NCBI GenBank assembly: GCA_049588955.1
Contig: JBAVZT010000483.1
Span: 1 to 36,989, forward strand
Direction: 5' to 3'
Source of the DNA: Rhodanobacteraceae bacterium
GTDB taxonomy: Bacteria > Pseudomonadota > Gammaproteobacteria > Xanthomonadales > Rhodanobacteraceae
Length of the DNA stretch: 36,989 nt
Shown here: in pieces, positions 17,334-27,523 of the stretch
Layout of the letters: the number at the start of each line of letters is the position of its first letter
Position numbering within the stretch: the first letter of the stretch is position 1
The notes under the pieces: generated by a model
What the model saw: the letters and a program-made list of their open reading frames with translations, nothing else
Told to the model about the DNA's origin: nothing
The model's database searches: none
Position numbers and translations under genes: made by a program

Positions 17334-19880
17334 TCAACGCCAGCCCGACGCGGTCGGCTGGGCGAAATACGCTTCGGCTTCGCCGGCAGGGACCGGCAGG
17401 CCGTAGTGGAAACCCTGCAACTCGTCGCAACCGATACCCTTCAGAAATGAAGCCTGTGCCTGGTTCTCAACGCCCTCGGCGGCCACCGTCATCTGCAACT
17501 GGTGGGCCATCGCGACGATCATCCGGGCGATGGCGGCATCATCGGATGCGTCCGGCAGGCCGTGCACGAAGCGCTGATCGATCTTGAGCTTGTCGATCGG
17601 AAAATCCTTGAGGTAGGCCAGGCTCGAATAGCCGGTGCCGAAATCGTCCAGCGCGAGCTGCGTGCCGAGTTCCTTGAGCTTGGTCAGGGTGCCGCGCACC
17701 CTGTTGACGTTCTCCACCAGCGAGCTCTCGGTCAGTTCGATGATCAGAACGCCCGGCGGCAGCGCGTGCCGCCGCATGGCGCTTCCGATATGCGCAACCA
17801 GCCCGGTACGCTGCAGTTCCAGCACCGAAATGTTCACCGCAATCGTGAAGTCGTGGTGACCGCGATCCAGCCAGACGCGCGCCTGGCGGCACGCCTCGTT
17901 GACGGCCCATTGACCGATCTCCGGCATCAGGCCCAGCGTTTCGGCCATCGGGATGAAGCTGACCGGTGAAATGCAGCCGCGCTCGGGATCATTCCAGCGC
18001 AACAGGGCTTCGAAACCGGTCAAGGTGCCGGTACGCGTGCCGTGCAGCGGCTGGTAGTGCAGCTCCAGTTCACCTCGTTCCACCGCACCGTGCAGACATC
18101 GGCCCACGACCAGGCGTTCCTCGATATCGCGCATCTGCTGGGCGGAAAACTTGCAGATACCGTCGCGCCCCTTGCGCTTGATGCGTGTCATTGCCGCCTC
18201 CGCCCGTCGCAGTAAATCCTGCGGCGACTGGCCGTGATCGGGTGAATGGCTGATGCCGATACTGGCAGTGAGCGCGATCCGGTAATCGCTTCCGTCGATC
18301 GGCAGCATCACCGCTTCGCGCAGACGTTGGGCAAGTTCCAGCACCGAACCTTCATTCAAATCCGGCACCGCGACGACGAACTCGTCACCGGCGAAGCGCG
18401 CGATATGGCCGTTCTCACCCAGCGTCGCGCGCAACCGCTGCGCAACGCGCATGAGTACGTCGTCGCCGATGACGTGACCCATCGATTCGTTGACAGTGCG
18501 AAACCGATCCAGACCGACCAGCAGTACCCACACCGAGTTCGAGGCCCGCAACATCGACGCCAGGGCCTCCTCGAGTATCAGACGGTGCGGCAAACGCGTG
18601 ACCGCATCGTGGGTATCGGCATAGGCCAGCGCCGCTTCGGCCTCGCGGCGCGAGGTCACGTCATGGGCAACGGCAAACGCGAGGTTGTTGGGCCCGACGA
18701 TCGACTCCCACGCGAGCCATCGGAAGCTGCCGTCCTTGCATACGAAACGGTACACGACTTCACTGACGCGCATGCCCGCCCCGCTCAGATATGCGACGGC
18801 ATCGCGCGCAATCGAGCGATCGTCCGGATGCACGAATTCCAGATAATGCCGCGACGCCAGTTCTTCGGGGTTGTAACCGGTCACCTCGGTGAAGGTCGGG
18901 TTGGCCTGAACGATGCGCTCCGTCACGGTATCGAAAATGCAATAGATTTCGATCGACATGTCGAAGAAATAGTCGCGCTCGCGCAGGCGCGAAATCAGCT
19001 GGGCGCTTTCGATCGCTATTGCGGTGATCGAAAGCATGTCGTCGACGAATTGCAGCTCTTCCTCGCCCGGCTCGCGCACCTCGGGGTAATAGATCGCGAA
19101 GGTTCCCAATACCTGCTCGTAGCTGCCGAATACCGGTGTCGACCAGCACGCGCGCAAGCCATGTGCAAGTGCGGCGTCCTTGTAGTCGTTCCAGTACGGG
19201 TGCGTGGCAATGTCCGCAACGACAACCCGTTCGCGACGCCAGATCGCGGCTCCGCACGAACCGCAATGGTCGCTGACCTCAAGCCCGTTCAATCCGCGGC
19301 TGTAGGCGTCGGGAATGCTTGGCGCAGCGCCATGCAGCAGATGCTTGCGCGTGGAGTCAACCAGGAGCACTGAACACAGCGATCCCGGGTTGAGCGCCTC
19401 GTGCAAACGGGCGATCTGAGTCAGGCTCTCGGCGAGTGGTTGTTGCGCCGCGATGCCCGCCAGAATATTTCGCTGCCCAGCCTGCATTTCCTCGGCGCGT
19501 TTGCGCCGGGTCACATCGAACAGATAAACAGTCAGGCCGTCGGGCGAGGGATAGATGCGGGTCTCGAACCAGCGATCAAAGCCTGTGTAGTGCTGCTCGA
19601 GTGTGAGCGGCTGTTGCCCGGCCATCGCTTTTTCGCAGGCGAGACGGAAGCGCACATCCGCCGCGGTGGAAAACTCCAGCCAGATATTCTTGCCCAGCAA
19701 CTCGTCCGGGGCGCGCCTGAGCAGCTCTCCTGCCTCTGCATTGACGTGCGTAAAGCGCCAGTCCATGTCGAGCGCCACACACGCATCGCTGATGCGATCG
19801 TACGTGCGATGGAACTCCAGGTCCTCCCGAAGTTGTTCCACAACTACGTACTCCCTGGTTTTGAACCGCAGCGCGGTCAA
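17334..19880 (-). CDS. PAS-GAF-PAS-GGDEF-EAL c-di-GMP signalling protein (probable phosphodiesterase)
   Basis: PAS (VNAEAGELL..ELLGKNIW), GAF (ACWSTP..LGTFAIY), PAS (EFVHPDD), RFAGDEF, FEALLRW, DDFGTGYSSL, AEGVE, LQGF; start uncertain. Confidence 0.93.
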   Translation of the reverse strand: MTALRFKTREYVVVEQLREDLEFHRTYDRISDACVALDMDWRFTHVNAEAGELLRRAPDELLGKNIWLEFSTAADVRFRLACEKAMAGQQPLTLEQHYTGFDRWFETRIYPSPDGLTVYLFDVTRRKRAEEMQAGQRNILAGIAAQQPLAESLTQIARLHEALNPGSLCSVLLVDSTRKHLLHGAAPSIPDAYSRGLNGLEVSDHCGSCGAAIWRRERVVVADIATHPYWNDYKDAALAHGLRACWSTPVFGSYEQVLGTFAIYYPEVREPGEEELQFVDDMLSITAIAIESAQLISRLRERDYFFDMSIEIYCIFDTVTERIVQANPTFTEVTGYNPEELASRHYLEFVHPDDRSIARDAVAYLSGAGMRVSEVVYRFVCKDGSFRWLAWESIVGPNNLAFAVAHDVTSRREAEAALAYADTHDAVTRLPHRLILEEALASMLRASNSVWVLLVGLDRFRTVNESMGHVIGDDVLMRVAQRLRATLGENGHIARFAGDEFVVAVPDLNEGSVLELAQRLREAVMLPIDGSDYRIALTASIGISHSPDHGQSPQDLLRRAEAAMTRIKRKGRDGICKFSAQQMRDIEERLVVGRCLHGAVERGELELHYQPLHGTRTGTLTGFEALLRWNDPERGCISPVSFIPMAETLGLMPEIGQWAVNEACRQARVWLDRGHHDFTIAVNISVLELQRTGLVAHIGSAMRRHALPPGVLIIELTESSLVENVNRVRGTLTKLKELGTQLALDDFGTGYSSLAYLKDFPIDKLKIDQRFVHGLPDASDDAAIARMIVAMAHQLQMTVAAEGVENQAQASFLKGIGCDELQGFHYGLPVPAGEAEAYFAQPTASGWR

Positions 19881-20088
19881 ACAAGCGCCCGCGCCTCGAT
19901 TTCAATGCGATCGTTCCGTCAATGTATACCCAAACAGCGCCAAAATGGAGTGCGCGAGCCGCGTGCGCCGCGCGCGCCCAATCTGGCCGGGCGTACTGCT
20001 CGCACAAGCAATGTGCGATCGCACGCCCGCCTCGCGAAGGTGGGCATGATGTATCGCCGGCTGGTCGAACGGCGCCTGTCAACCTCGC

Positions 20089-22848
20089 TCAGCCGGTGTT
20101 TTGCAGGGCCAGTGCGACTCCGTGCACGCTCGACGTCAGCGCACCGAAAAGGGTGTCGTCCGAACGACCGGATGCCCTCCAGCGCTGCAGGAGATCGACC
20201 TGAATCAGGCTCATCGGATCGGCGTAGGGATTGCGCAGGCGGATCGACATTGCCAGACGCGGATCGTCGGCCAGCAGGGTCTCCTTGCCGCGCAACCGCA
20301 ATACCCAATCGAGCGTACGCTCATACTCGATGCCTAGCAGTGGAAAGAATTTGGCGTGCAATGGCCCGGCTAGCTGCGAAAAGCGCTCGGCGATATCCAC
20401 GTCGCTCTTGGCCAGCACCATCTCGAGATCTTCGATGAGCGTGCGAAAGAACGGCCAGTCACGCGCCATCTCGATGAGCATGCCTTCGTCTCCGCGCGCG
20501 GCAGCCGCTTCGAGCGCCGAACCGACGCCATACCAGCTCGGCAGATTCGAGCGGCACTGCGTCCAGGCGAACACCCACGGAATCGCGCGCAGGGCGGTCG
20601 CCGCACCGCTCGCGCCGCGACTGGGTGGTCTGGAGCCGAGCGTCATGCGCTCGATCACGTCGATCGGCGTGGCCAGCCGGAAGTAATCGACGAAATCCGG
20701 TGTCGCGCCGACGAGTTGACGGTAGACGCCTTCACCTTCGCTGGCGCATCGCTTCATGACCTCGCGCCAGCGTGCCTCACGCTCATCGGGCGGGCGCGGA
20801 CGCAAGGTTGCAGCAAGGACCGCACCGACGGTCTGTTCCAGGGTCCTGAGCGCCAGCGCGCGCATGCCGTATTTGCGGTGGATCACCTCGCCCTGTTCGG
20901 TCACGCGCAGATGGGCGTTTATGGCGCCGCGCGGCGCGGCCATGACGGCGCGTGAGGTCTTGCCGCCGCCGCGGCTGATCGAACCGCCGCGGCCATGAAA
21001 GAACACGATACTCACATCGTGTTCCAGCGCGACCTGAAGCAATTCGACCTGGCTGCGCTGCAATGCCCAGCGCGCGGCAAGCATGCCGCCGGCCTTGGTA
21101 CTGTCCGAATATCCGAGCATGATCGACTGGCGGTTGCCACGCGTTGCAAGGTGCGCACGGTAGGTCGGATCGGCAAGCAATGCGGCGAACGTGCGCGACG
21201 CATTGCGCAGATCGCCGATGGTTTCGAACAACGGTGCGATGTCGAGCGGAACGCTGCCGTCTTCCGCAATCAGCCCGCCGGCACGCCCCAGCGCCAGCAC
21301 TGCGAGCACGTCCGCCGCACAACCCGCCATGCTGATGATGTACAGACCGAGTGCCGCGTCGCCGTAACGACGACGCGCCGCGGCAATTTCGCGGAACACC
21401 GCCGTGACCTTGTCGAACGTCTCCTCCGACCCGTGTGGCGGTGACTCGTCGCGGGTACCGGGAGTGCGGGACCAAGGGCGTTCCGCGCGACCGCGCCGGA
21501 GAACGCCCTCGCCGCTCGCATACGGCGCAAGCAAACGCGCAAGTGCGGAAGGGTTGTCGGGAAGCGCACCGAGTACCTCGGCGAGAGCCGCCGCATGGAC
21601 ACGCGAGTCCTGGCGCTGGTCAAGGCGTGCCAGATGAAAGCCGAATGTCTCGATGCGGTAGCGCAATCGGCGCACCGCGAACCATCCGGCATGCAGCCCG
21701 GCGTGCGCCCGCAAACTGTCGGCGATCAAGTCGATGTCGGCGGCGAACTCGTCCGCCTCGTGGTATCCGGTCGGCGCATCCGCAACAGTCGCTGCGAGAC
21801 GCGCGCCGACAAGGCGCAGCAGCACGCGATAGGGCATGTCGGCGTGGCGCGGGCGGATACGCGCCGCCGCTTCGGGAAGGCGTTCGCGGTATTCCGCCAC
21901 GCGCTGCAACACGGCGGGCGCGACGGCGACGCAATCGGTGGTCTGACTGAGCATGCGTGCCAGACGATCGCACTCGCCGCGGTAACATCCGAGGATGCGT
22001 TCGCGTTGTGTACGCAGTGTTGCCGCGATGGTCCCGGCGTCGACCTTCGGATTGCCGTCCATGTCCCCACCGACCCACGAGGCAAACCGCAGCACGCGAG
22101 ATGGTGTCACTCCGTTGCCATAGGCCGAACGCACCGCATCCTCGAGCGCCTCGTAAAAGGCCGGCAGAACGCGATAGATCGGATCGGCGAAGTAGAAAAT
22201 CACGTGTTCGAGTTCATCCGCAATCGCCGGTTGCAGCGGCGAGGTATCCGCAGTCTGCCAACTCGTCGTCAGCGCCATGCGCAGGCGTGCCCAGTCGGCG
22301 GCGCGCTCATGCGGCGTGCGCGGACCATCGAGATCGGCAATCAGTGCGCGCAGGATGTCCTGTTCCTTTTCCAGCAGCGCGCGCCGGGTGGATTCGGTCG
22401 GGTGCGCGGTAAAAACCGGCTCGACATCGAGGCGCGCGAGAACCGATCCCAGATCGTCGATCTCGACGCCGGCTGCGCGCAACTTGAGCAACACGTCGTG
22501 CAGCCCATCCGGTTGCGGGTCGGCGCCGGCAATCTCGTATTGGCGTCGACGACGTACGCGATGTACGCGCTCGGCAATGTTGACGACCTGGAAATAGGTG
22601 GCGAATGCGCGGCTCAACGCGTCCGCGGTCGCAGCATCGAGGCCGCGCAGGCGCGCCGCGAGTGCAGTCAGTGGACCGTCGCGTTTGCGGCGTGCGATTG
22701 CAGCCTTGCGCACCGCCTCGACGCGCGCGAAGAATGCGTCGCCCTTTTGCTCGACGAGCAATTCACCGACCAGCCGGCCGAGCCGGTTGACATCTTTTCG
22801 CAGCCCTCGATCGGCTGGTCCGAACTTCACTTCGCGTAGCCGCTGCAC
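20089..22848 (-). CDS. ppc: Phosphoenolpyruvate carboxylase
   Basis: VFTAHPTE, WVGGDMDGNP, MLGYSDS, FHGRGGSISRGG, RVTEQGE, LRAIPWVFAWTQ, C-terminal LQNTG; GTG start 22848 with AGGA SD. Confidence 0.97.
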   Translation of the reverse strand: MQRLREVKFGPADRGLRKDVNRLGRLVGELLVEQKGDAFFARVEAVRKAAIARRKRDGPLTALAARLRGLDAATADALSRAFATYFQVVNIAERVHRVRRRRQYEIAGADPQPDGLHDVLLKLRAAGVEIDDLGSVLARLDVEPVFTAHPTESTRRALLEKEQDILRALIADLDGPRTPHERAADWARLRMALTTSWQTADTSPLQPAIADELEHVIFYFADPIYRVLPAFYEALEDAVRSAYGNGVTPSRVLRFASWVGGDMDGNPKVDAGTIAATLRTQRERILGCYRGECDRLARMLSQTTDCVAVAPAVLQRVAEYRERLPEAAARIRPRHADMPYRVLLRLVGARLAATVADAPTGYHEADEFAADIDLIADSLRAHAGLHAGWFAVRRLRYRIETFGFHLARLDQRQDSRVHAAALAEVLGALPDNPSALARLLAPYASGEGVLRRGRAERPWSRTPGTRDESPPHGSEETFDKVTAVFREIAAARRRYGDAALGLYIISMAGCAADVLAVLALGRAGGLIAEDGSVPLDIAPLFETIGDLRNASRTFAALLADPTYRAHLATRGNRQSIMLGYSDSTKAGGMLAARWALQRSQVELLQVALEHDVSIVFFHGRGGSISRGGGKTSRAVMAAPRGAINAHLRVTEQGEVIHRKYGMRALALRTLEQTVGAVLAATLRPRPPDEREARWREVMKRCASEGEGVYRQLVGATPDFVDYFRLATPIDVIERMTLGSRPPSRGASGAATALRAIPWVFAWTQCRSNLPSWYGVGSALEAAAARGDEGMLIEMARDWPFFRTLIEDLEMVLAKSDVDIAERFSQLAGPLHAKFFPLLGIEYERTLDWVLRLRGKETLLADDPRLAMSIRLRNPYADPMSLIQVDLLQRWRASGRSDDTLFGALTSSVHGVALALQNTG

Positions 22849-23002
22849 GGATCCTGCTCGTCCCGGATGAAGCGACGAGCTTAGCAGCCGGGTGCAGTGC
22901 CGGACACGCGATGTCCAGGCGCGCACCTTCTCCCCGCGCTACGCCTGCCCCGAGCGAATCGAACAACCGAGCGCGAAAGCTTTCGCGTTCCCGGCTGGCG
23001 GT

Positions 23003-23926
23003 TCAGCTGGCACGCGCGCGCACCAGCAGGTGCTTGGCCAGCGCGCCCTGGAAGCGCCCGATGCCACGTGCCAGATGCAGCGTCGCAAACAGAAGCAAGA
23101 CACCGAGGACAAACAGCAGCGGTTCGATGACGATCGGCGGCACGTTCCAGTAGCTGGTCGATGCGAATACGGTGTTGTCGTCGATACGGATAACACCGAC
23201 CCCCCACAGCAGGTGCGCGACCGGCGCCACCACGAAGGCAACCGGCACTACGGTGCCGACGACGGCGATCACGAAATAGGCGATTCCCAACGGCAAACGA
23301 AGCAGCATGTAGAACATCGTCGACCAGGTGCGCGGATCGGTGAACATGGCGCCGATGCGCCGCAGCAGCGGCTGATCGCTTTCGCTGTAGAGCGGACGCC
23401 GTGGCATGCGCTCCCCCAGCATGACCTCGACAATGCGACCCTCGATGAGCGACAACATGCGCAGCGTGCCGATGAACAAGGCTGCCAACGGCAATCCGAT
23501 GATCAGGATCATCGTGCCGAGCGAAAGACTGATGCCGACCACGGTCCAGACGAAGTAGAAGATCCCGGTCGGCAGTGCCAGCAGCATGTAGAACATGGCC
23601 GCGTAAGCGCGCGCGTCGGCGCCGACGCCGAAGAATCGTCCCATCGTCGATTTGCGTGCCGGCGGTGGTGGTGGACGCAGCGCGCGGGCAACCTTGATCT
23701 CTTGATCGCGATAGATATCGGCGACTTCATCCGGTGCGCCGTAGCTGGTCGCGATCTTCGACAGCAGGTCGGCTTCGGCGATATCCGGATGATCGGCAAA
23801 TTCGGAACGCAGGTGATCCTCGGCGTCATAGAGCGCATCCTGGATCAACGCCTCGTCGGCACCGCGCAATGCGGCACGCAATAGCTGCAGGTACTCCTCG
23901 ATTGTGCGGGGCACGGGCGCAGTCAT
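23003..23926 (-). CDS. Membrane sensor protein (HAAS/DUF1700-like N-terminal domain + putative sensor TM domains)
   Basis: IEEYLQLLRAAL..DALYDAEDHL..YGAPDEVA; duplicated Y.LL.LP.GI.YF; GAGGAG SD; ATGA overlap with PadR. Confidence 0.85.
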   Translation of the reverse strand: MTAPVPRTIEEYLQLLRAALRGADEALIQDALYDAEDHLRSEFADHPDIAEADLLSKIATSYGAPDEVADIYRDQEIKVARALRPPPPPARKSTMGRFFGVGADARAYAAMFYMLLALPTGIFYFVWTVVGISLSLGTMILIIGLPLAALFIGTLRMLSLIEGRIVEVMLGERMPRRPLYSESDQPLLRRIGAMFTDPRTWSTMFYMLLRLPLGIAYFVIAVVGTVVPVAFVVAPVAHLLWGVGVIRIDDNTVFASTSYWNVPPIVIEPLLFVLGVLLLFATLHLARGIGRFQGALAKHLLVRARAS

Positions 23927-24288
23927 GATGATTTCTCCTCGATCACGGCATCGACGAAATCGCGGGTGGCCGTCCAGACATCGGTCCATTCCGCCAGTAC
24001 GCGACGACCCAGAGTAGTGATGCGGTAATAGCGGCGTGGCGGTCCGGACACAGACGGTTCGACTGCGCTGTGCAGCAGTCCGGCTGCGGCCAGGTTGCGC
24101 AGTACCGGATACAGAGCGCTCTGTTTGCCGCTCAGCACGCCTTCGCCGGTGTCGTCCAGTTGCCGCGCGATGCGGTAGCCGTACATCGGGGATTTGGCGC
24201 GCGCAATCACGGCCAGCAGGACCAGCGAGACAATGCCGGCACTGAGTTCCTTGTGGAACTTCCACAGATGCGATTCGGTGGCACTCAC
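23923..24288 (-). CDS. PadR-family transcriptional regulator
   Basis: LLAVI..PMYGYRIA..ALYPVLRNL..GLL..GPPRRYYRIT.LGR. Confidence 0.95.
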   Translation of the reverse strand: MSATESHLWKFHKELSAGIVSLVLLAVIARAKSPMYGYRIARQLDDTGEGVLSGKQSALYPVLRNLAAAGLLHSAVEPSVSGPPRRYYRITTLGRRVLAEWTDVWTATRDFVDAVIEEKSS

Positions 24289-24321
24289 GCGCGACGTCCG
24301 ATCCAGGTCGGACCTCCTGCA

Positions 24322-24342
24322 TATAGTCTGATGGTAACTATA
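24322..24342. promoter_or_regulatory. Probable PadR operator/promoter palindrome
   Basis: TATAGT-N9-ACTATA in an AT-rich patch directly upstream of padR. Confidence 0.6.
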
Positions 24343-24498
24343 GTGTTTACTTGATACTAGTGAATGGGCCGAAAGTCATGATCGAGGCGTCGCCGCAACG
24401 AAAAGGCCGCCAGTTTGGCGGCCTGCGGTAATGCAGCGTCGCGATGCTCCACCCCCGGATCGCCATGCAACCCTGCTCGTCTGTGCGCGTTCGGAGCC

Positions 24499-25191
24499 TT
24501 ACGGCAACGCCGGTATGGCCAGACTGAGATCGCTGTCTTCGATGGTGCCGGTGCGCATGTTTGGCGGCACATGGCCGACATCGCCGACGGCTATGACGTG
24601 GATGCTGCCGTCGGGCGCGATGCGAATTCGCGTGATGCTGACATGGCCGATCGACATGCCGAGCCACGCCATGGTGTCGACCCCGAGAGCGCGTGTGACC
24701 AGATAGCGGATCACATTGCCGTGGCAAACGAACAGCTCGGCGCGTTCGGCCCCGGTCGCCGGGCGGAAGTATTCGGCGAAGAGGCGATCGAGCTGCGCCT
24801 TGCAGGCCGCGAGTTCCTCCGGCTTCTCGTGCGCCATGATGTCGGCTCGACGCGTGGGCGGCGTGCACTCGGCCAGATCGTCGAGCACCTTGAAGTGCCG
24901 CCCCGGAAAGCTCCGGGCAATGACCGCGGCGGTATCGCGTGCGCGTTGCAACGGGCTGGCATACAAGGCGTCGAACCGGGTCGGCAGCCCTCCCAATCGC
25001 GCCGCGACCAGATGCGCCTGCGCAACACCGAGCGGCGACAGTCCAGGTCCCAGATGCGCATCCGCTGCCGGATCGGCAACGTAGTTCCCATGGCGCACGA
25101 GAATGATGGTCCGCGCCGCCGGCGGCGGCGATTCGGCGTGCGCCGATCCGGCAAATACCAGAATGATTACGCCAATCAGCAATCTGTGCAT
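24499..25191 (-). CDS. Histidine phosphatase (PGAM5-like), with signal peptide
   Basis: LVRHG catalytic motif, SPLQRARDTA, FVCHGNVIRY; N-terminal signal ending AHA; start moved to ATG 25191. Confidence 0.9.
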   Translation of the reverse strand: MHRLLIGVIILVFAGSAHAESPPPAARTIILVRHGNYVADPAADAHLGPGLSPLGVAQAHLVAARLGGLPTRFDALYASPLQRARDTAAVIARSFPGRHFKVLDDLAECTPPTRRADIMAHEKPEELAACKAQLDRLFAEYFRPATGAERAELFVCHGNVIRYLVTRALGVDTMAWLGMSIGHVSITRIRIAPDGSIHVIAVGDVGHVPPNMRTGTIEDSDLSLAIPALP

Positions 25192-25399
25192 GTCGGGAGT
25201 ATCGCGCAAAAACTTCGCGACGCCCAAGCAGCATCGCTTCGCTGCGGTGCAGTCCACGTCGTGTACATGATGCACACCTTGTGTACGCTACCCTGACACG
25301 CGGTCCCGGATACCGGACTGTGCCCTCGTCGAGAATGCGGCGCGAACCGTCAGCAACGCAAGACGAAGCTGTCCGCGCCCCTTGGAGACAAACGCCAAG

Positions 25400-27343
25400 A
25401 TGGCTCAACCGAATGCAAACGGGAAAGGACGCAACGCGTCTCACAAGTCGCTGAAATTCCTGTATTCCTCCGCGCCGCAGGATCAACCATTCGCCGGGCT
25501 CGCGCTCGCAGTGCTCGGTGTGGTCTATGGTGATATCGGGACCAGCCCGATCTACGCATTGCAGCAGTGTTTCGTCGGTGCGGCTTCGCTGCCCGCAACG
25601 ACCGACAACGTGCTGGGCATTCTGTCGCTGATCTTCTGGACGCTGATTCTGGTCGTCTCGCTCAAGTACATGACCTTCGTGCTGCGCGCCGACAATCGCG
25701 GAGAGGGCGGCATTTTCGCGTTGCTCGCCTTGCTGCGACCGAACATCGACAGGGACAAGCGGCGGCGGCGCGCGCTGATCCTGCTGGCACTTGTCGGCGC
25801 GGCGATGCTGTACGGCGGAACCATGATCACGCCCGCCATCTCGGTGCTGAGCGCGGTCGAGGGCCTGCAAGTCGCCGCACCGTCCCTGCACTCTTTCGTA
25901 ATTCCGATCACCGTGATCATCCTGATCGCGCTGTTTGCGGTGCAACGTCACGGTACGGCAATCGTCGGTGCGGTCTTCGGCCCGGTTACCCTGTTGTGGT
26001 TCCTGGCGCTGGCGGTGCTCGGAGTTCGCGGAATCATGCAGGCGCCTCTCGTGCTTGTGGCAGTGAATCCCTGGTACGCGCTGGAGTTTTTTCTGCACAA
26101 CGGCTTTGCCGGTTTCCTGATTCTGTATGCCGTATTCCTGGTCGCCACCGGTGGCGAAGCCCTGTATGCGGACCTCGGCCATTTCGGACGAAGGCCGATC
26201 CGTCTGGTCTGGTTCGCCTTCGTGCTGCCAGCGCTGCTGCTCAATTACTTCGGACAGGGTGCGCTGCTGATTGCCGAGCCGCACACGATCGAGCATCCAT
26301 TCTTTCACCTCGCTCCGACCTGGGCGCTGTACCCGCTGGTCATTCTGGCGACGGCCGCAACCTGTATCGCTTCGCAGGCGGTAATCACCGGTGCGTATTC
26401 GCTGACGCGCCAGGCAATCCAGTTGAACAACCTGCCGCGTTTCCATGTCGAGCAGACCTCGGCCGACTCGCGCGGTCAGATCTACATGCCGCTGGTGAAC
26501 TGGATACTCATGATCGCCGCCATTGGTCTGGTACTGGTGTTCCAGACTTCGACCAATCTGGCTGTCGCATACGGGGTCGCGGTCAACTCGACCATGGCCG
26601 TCACCACGGTGCTGGCCTTCAATGTCGCACGCGAACGCGGCGGCTGGAGCCTTGCGACGGCATCGGCCTTCCTGGTCGGTTTCCTCGCCATCGATCTTGC
26701 GTTTCTCGGATCGAACACGCTCAAGATTCCCGAAGGCGGCTGGCTGCCGCTGGTGATCGGCCTCGGACTGTTCGTCGTGATGACGACCTGGACGCGCGGG
26801 TCACAATTGCTGGCCGAGCGCATCGAGGAAAACACGATCGCACTCGACACCTTCATCGGACGCATCAAGAGCGAAGGCGTGTCGCGGATCGCAGGCACCG
26901 GAATCTTCTTCACCGGTCGCCTGGTACAGGCTCCGCCCGCACTGCAGAAACTCGTGCAGCACACCCGCGCCCTTTATGAAACGGTGATCCTGGTGACGGT
27001 GATCGTCGAACAGGTCCCGAAGGTCGGCAAGGAAGAACGCTTGGAACTGAGCGAGGTTTCGGACGGCTTCTACCGACTGGTGCTGCACTACGGCTTCATG
27101 CAGGGTCCGAATATTCCATCGGAACTTGCGGGTTTGAAAGACCATGGCCTCGCACTCGATCTCGGCCAGGTCCATTACATCGTCGGCCAGATCGACATGC
27201 TCGCCGGGCGCAAGCAGAAAGGCATGGCACATTGGCGCGATCGCCTTTTCGTCTGGATGGCGCGCAATACCGCCGACACGACCGCGTCGTATCACATTCC
27301 AGCAGCGCAATCGATGACGGTCGGCATGCAGGTTGCGATCTGA
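25400..27343 (+). CDS. kup: KUP/HAK/KT potassium uptake transporter
   Basis: GVVYGDIGTSPIY, ADNRGEGG, ITPAISVLSAVEG, GGEALYADLGHFG, GQIYMP, YGFMQ; alternative start TTG 25382. Confidence 0.96.
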   Translation: MAQPNANGKGRNASHKSLKFLYSSAPQDQPFAGLALAVLGVVYGDIGTSPIYALQQCFVGAASLPATTDNVLGILSLIFWTLILVVSLKYMTFVLRADNRGEGGIFALLALLRPNIDRDKRRRRALILLALVGAAMLYGGTMITPAISVLSAVEGLQVAAPSLHSFVIPITVIILIALFAVQRHGTAIVGAVFGPVTLLWFLALAVLGVRGIMQAPLVLVAVNPWYALEFFLHNGFAGFLILYAVFLVATGGEALYADLGHFGRRPIRLVWFAFVLPALLLNYFGQGALLIAEPHTIEHPFFHLAPTWALYPLVILATAATCIASQAVITGAYSLTRQAIQLNNLPRFHVEQTSADSRGQIYMPLVNWILMIAAIGLVLVFQTSTNLAVAYGVAVNSTMAVTTVLAFNVARERGGWSLATASAFLVGFLAIDLAFLGSNTLKIPEGGWLPLVIGLGLFVVMTTWTRGSQLLAERIEENTIALDTFIGRIKSEGVSRIAGTGIFFTGRLVQAPPALQKLVQHTRALYETVILVTVIVEQVPKVGKEERLELSEVSDGFYRLVLHYGFMQGPNIPSELAGLKDHGLALDLGQVHYIVGQIDMLAGRKQKGMAHWRDRLFVWMARNTADTTASYHIPAAQSMTVGMQVAI

Positions 27344-27523
27344 GGATGGCAGATCGAGTCCGACAAATCAGCGTGGCATGGATCTCCCGCGGCGCAGCGC
27401 ATCAGACAAGTGCGAGCAAGGTCGGCCTGGAATACAGGAAGCCTGTTCCGGGCAGGGTGTCGTATGAGATCGGGAAAAGCGCCGAGCTTCGACCCGAGCA
27501 CGCCGGCGGCGACCCGCTGCAGA

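Noticed and set aside
22050..22085. GGDMDGNP instead of GGDRDGNP in Ppc
   Set aside because: All other catalytic motifs are intact, and I recall this variant in Xanthomonadales Ppc; no sign of inactivation
23927..24322. 132-aa N-terminal extension of the sensor ORF overlapping padR
   Set aside because: Low-complexity Arg-rich translation; a strong SD and ATGA coupling support the 23926 start
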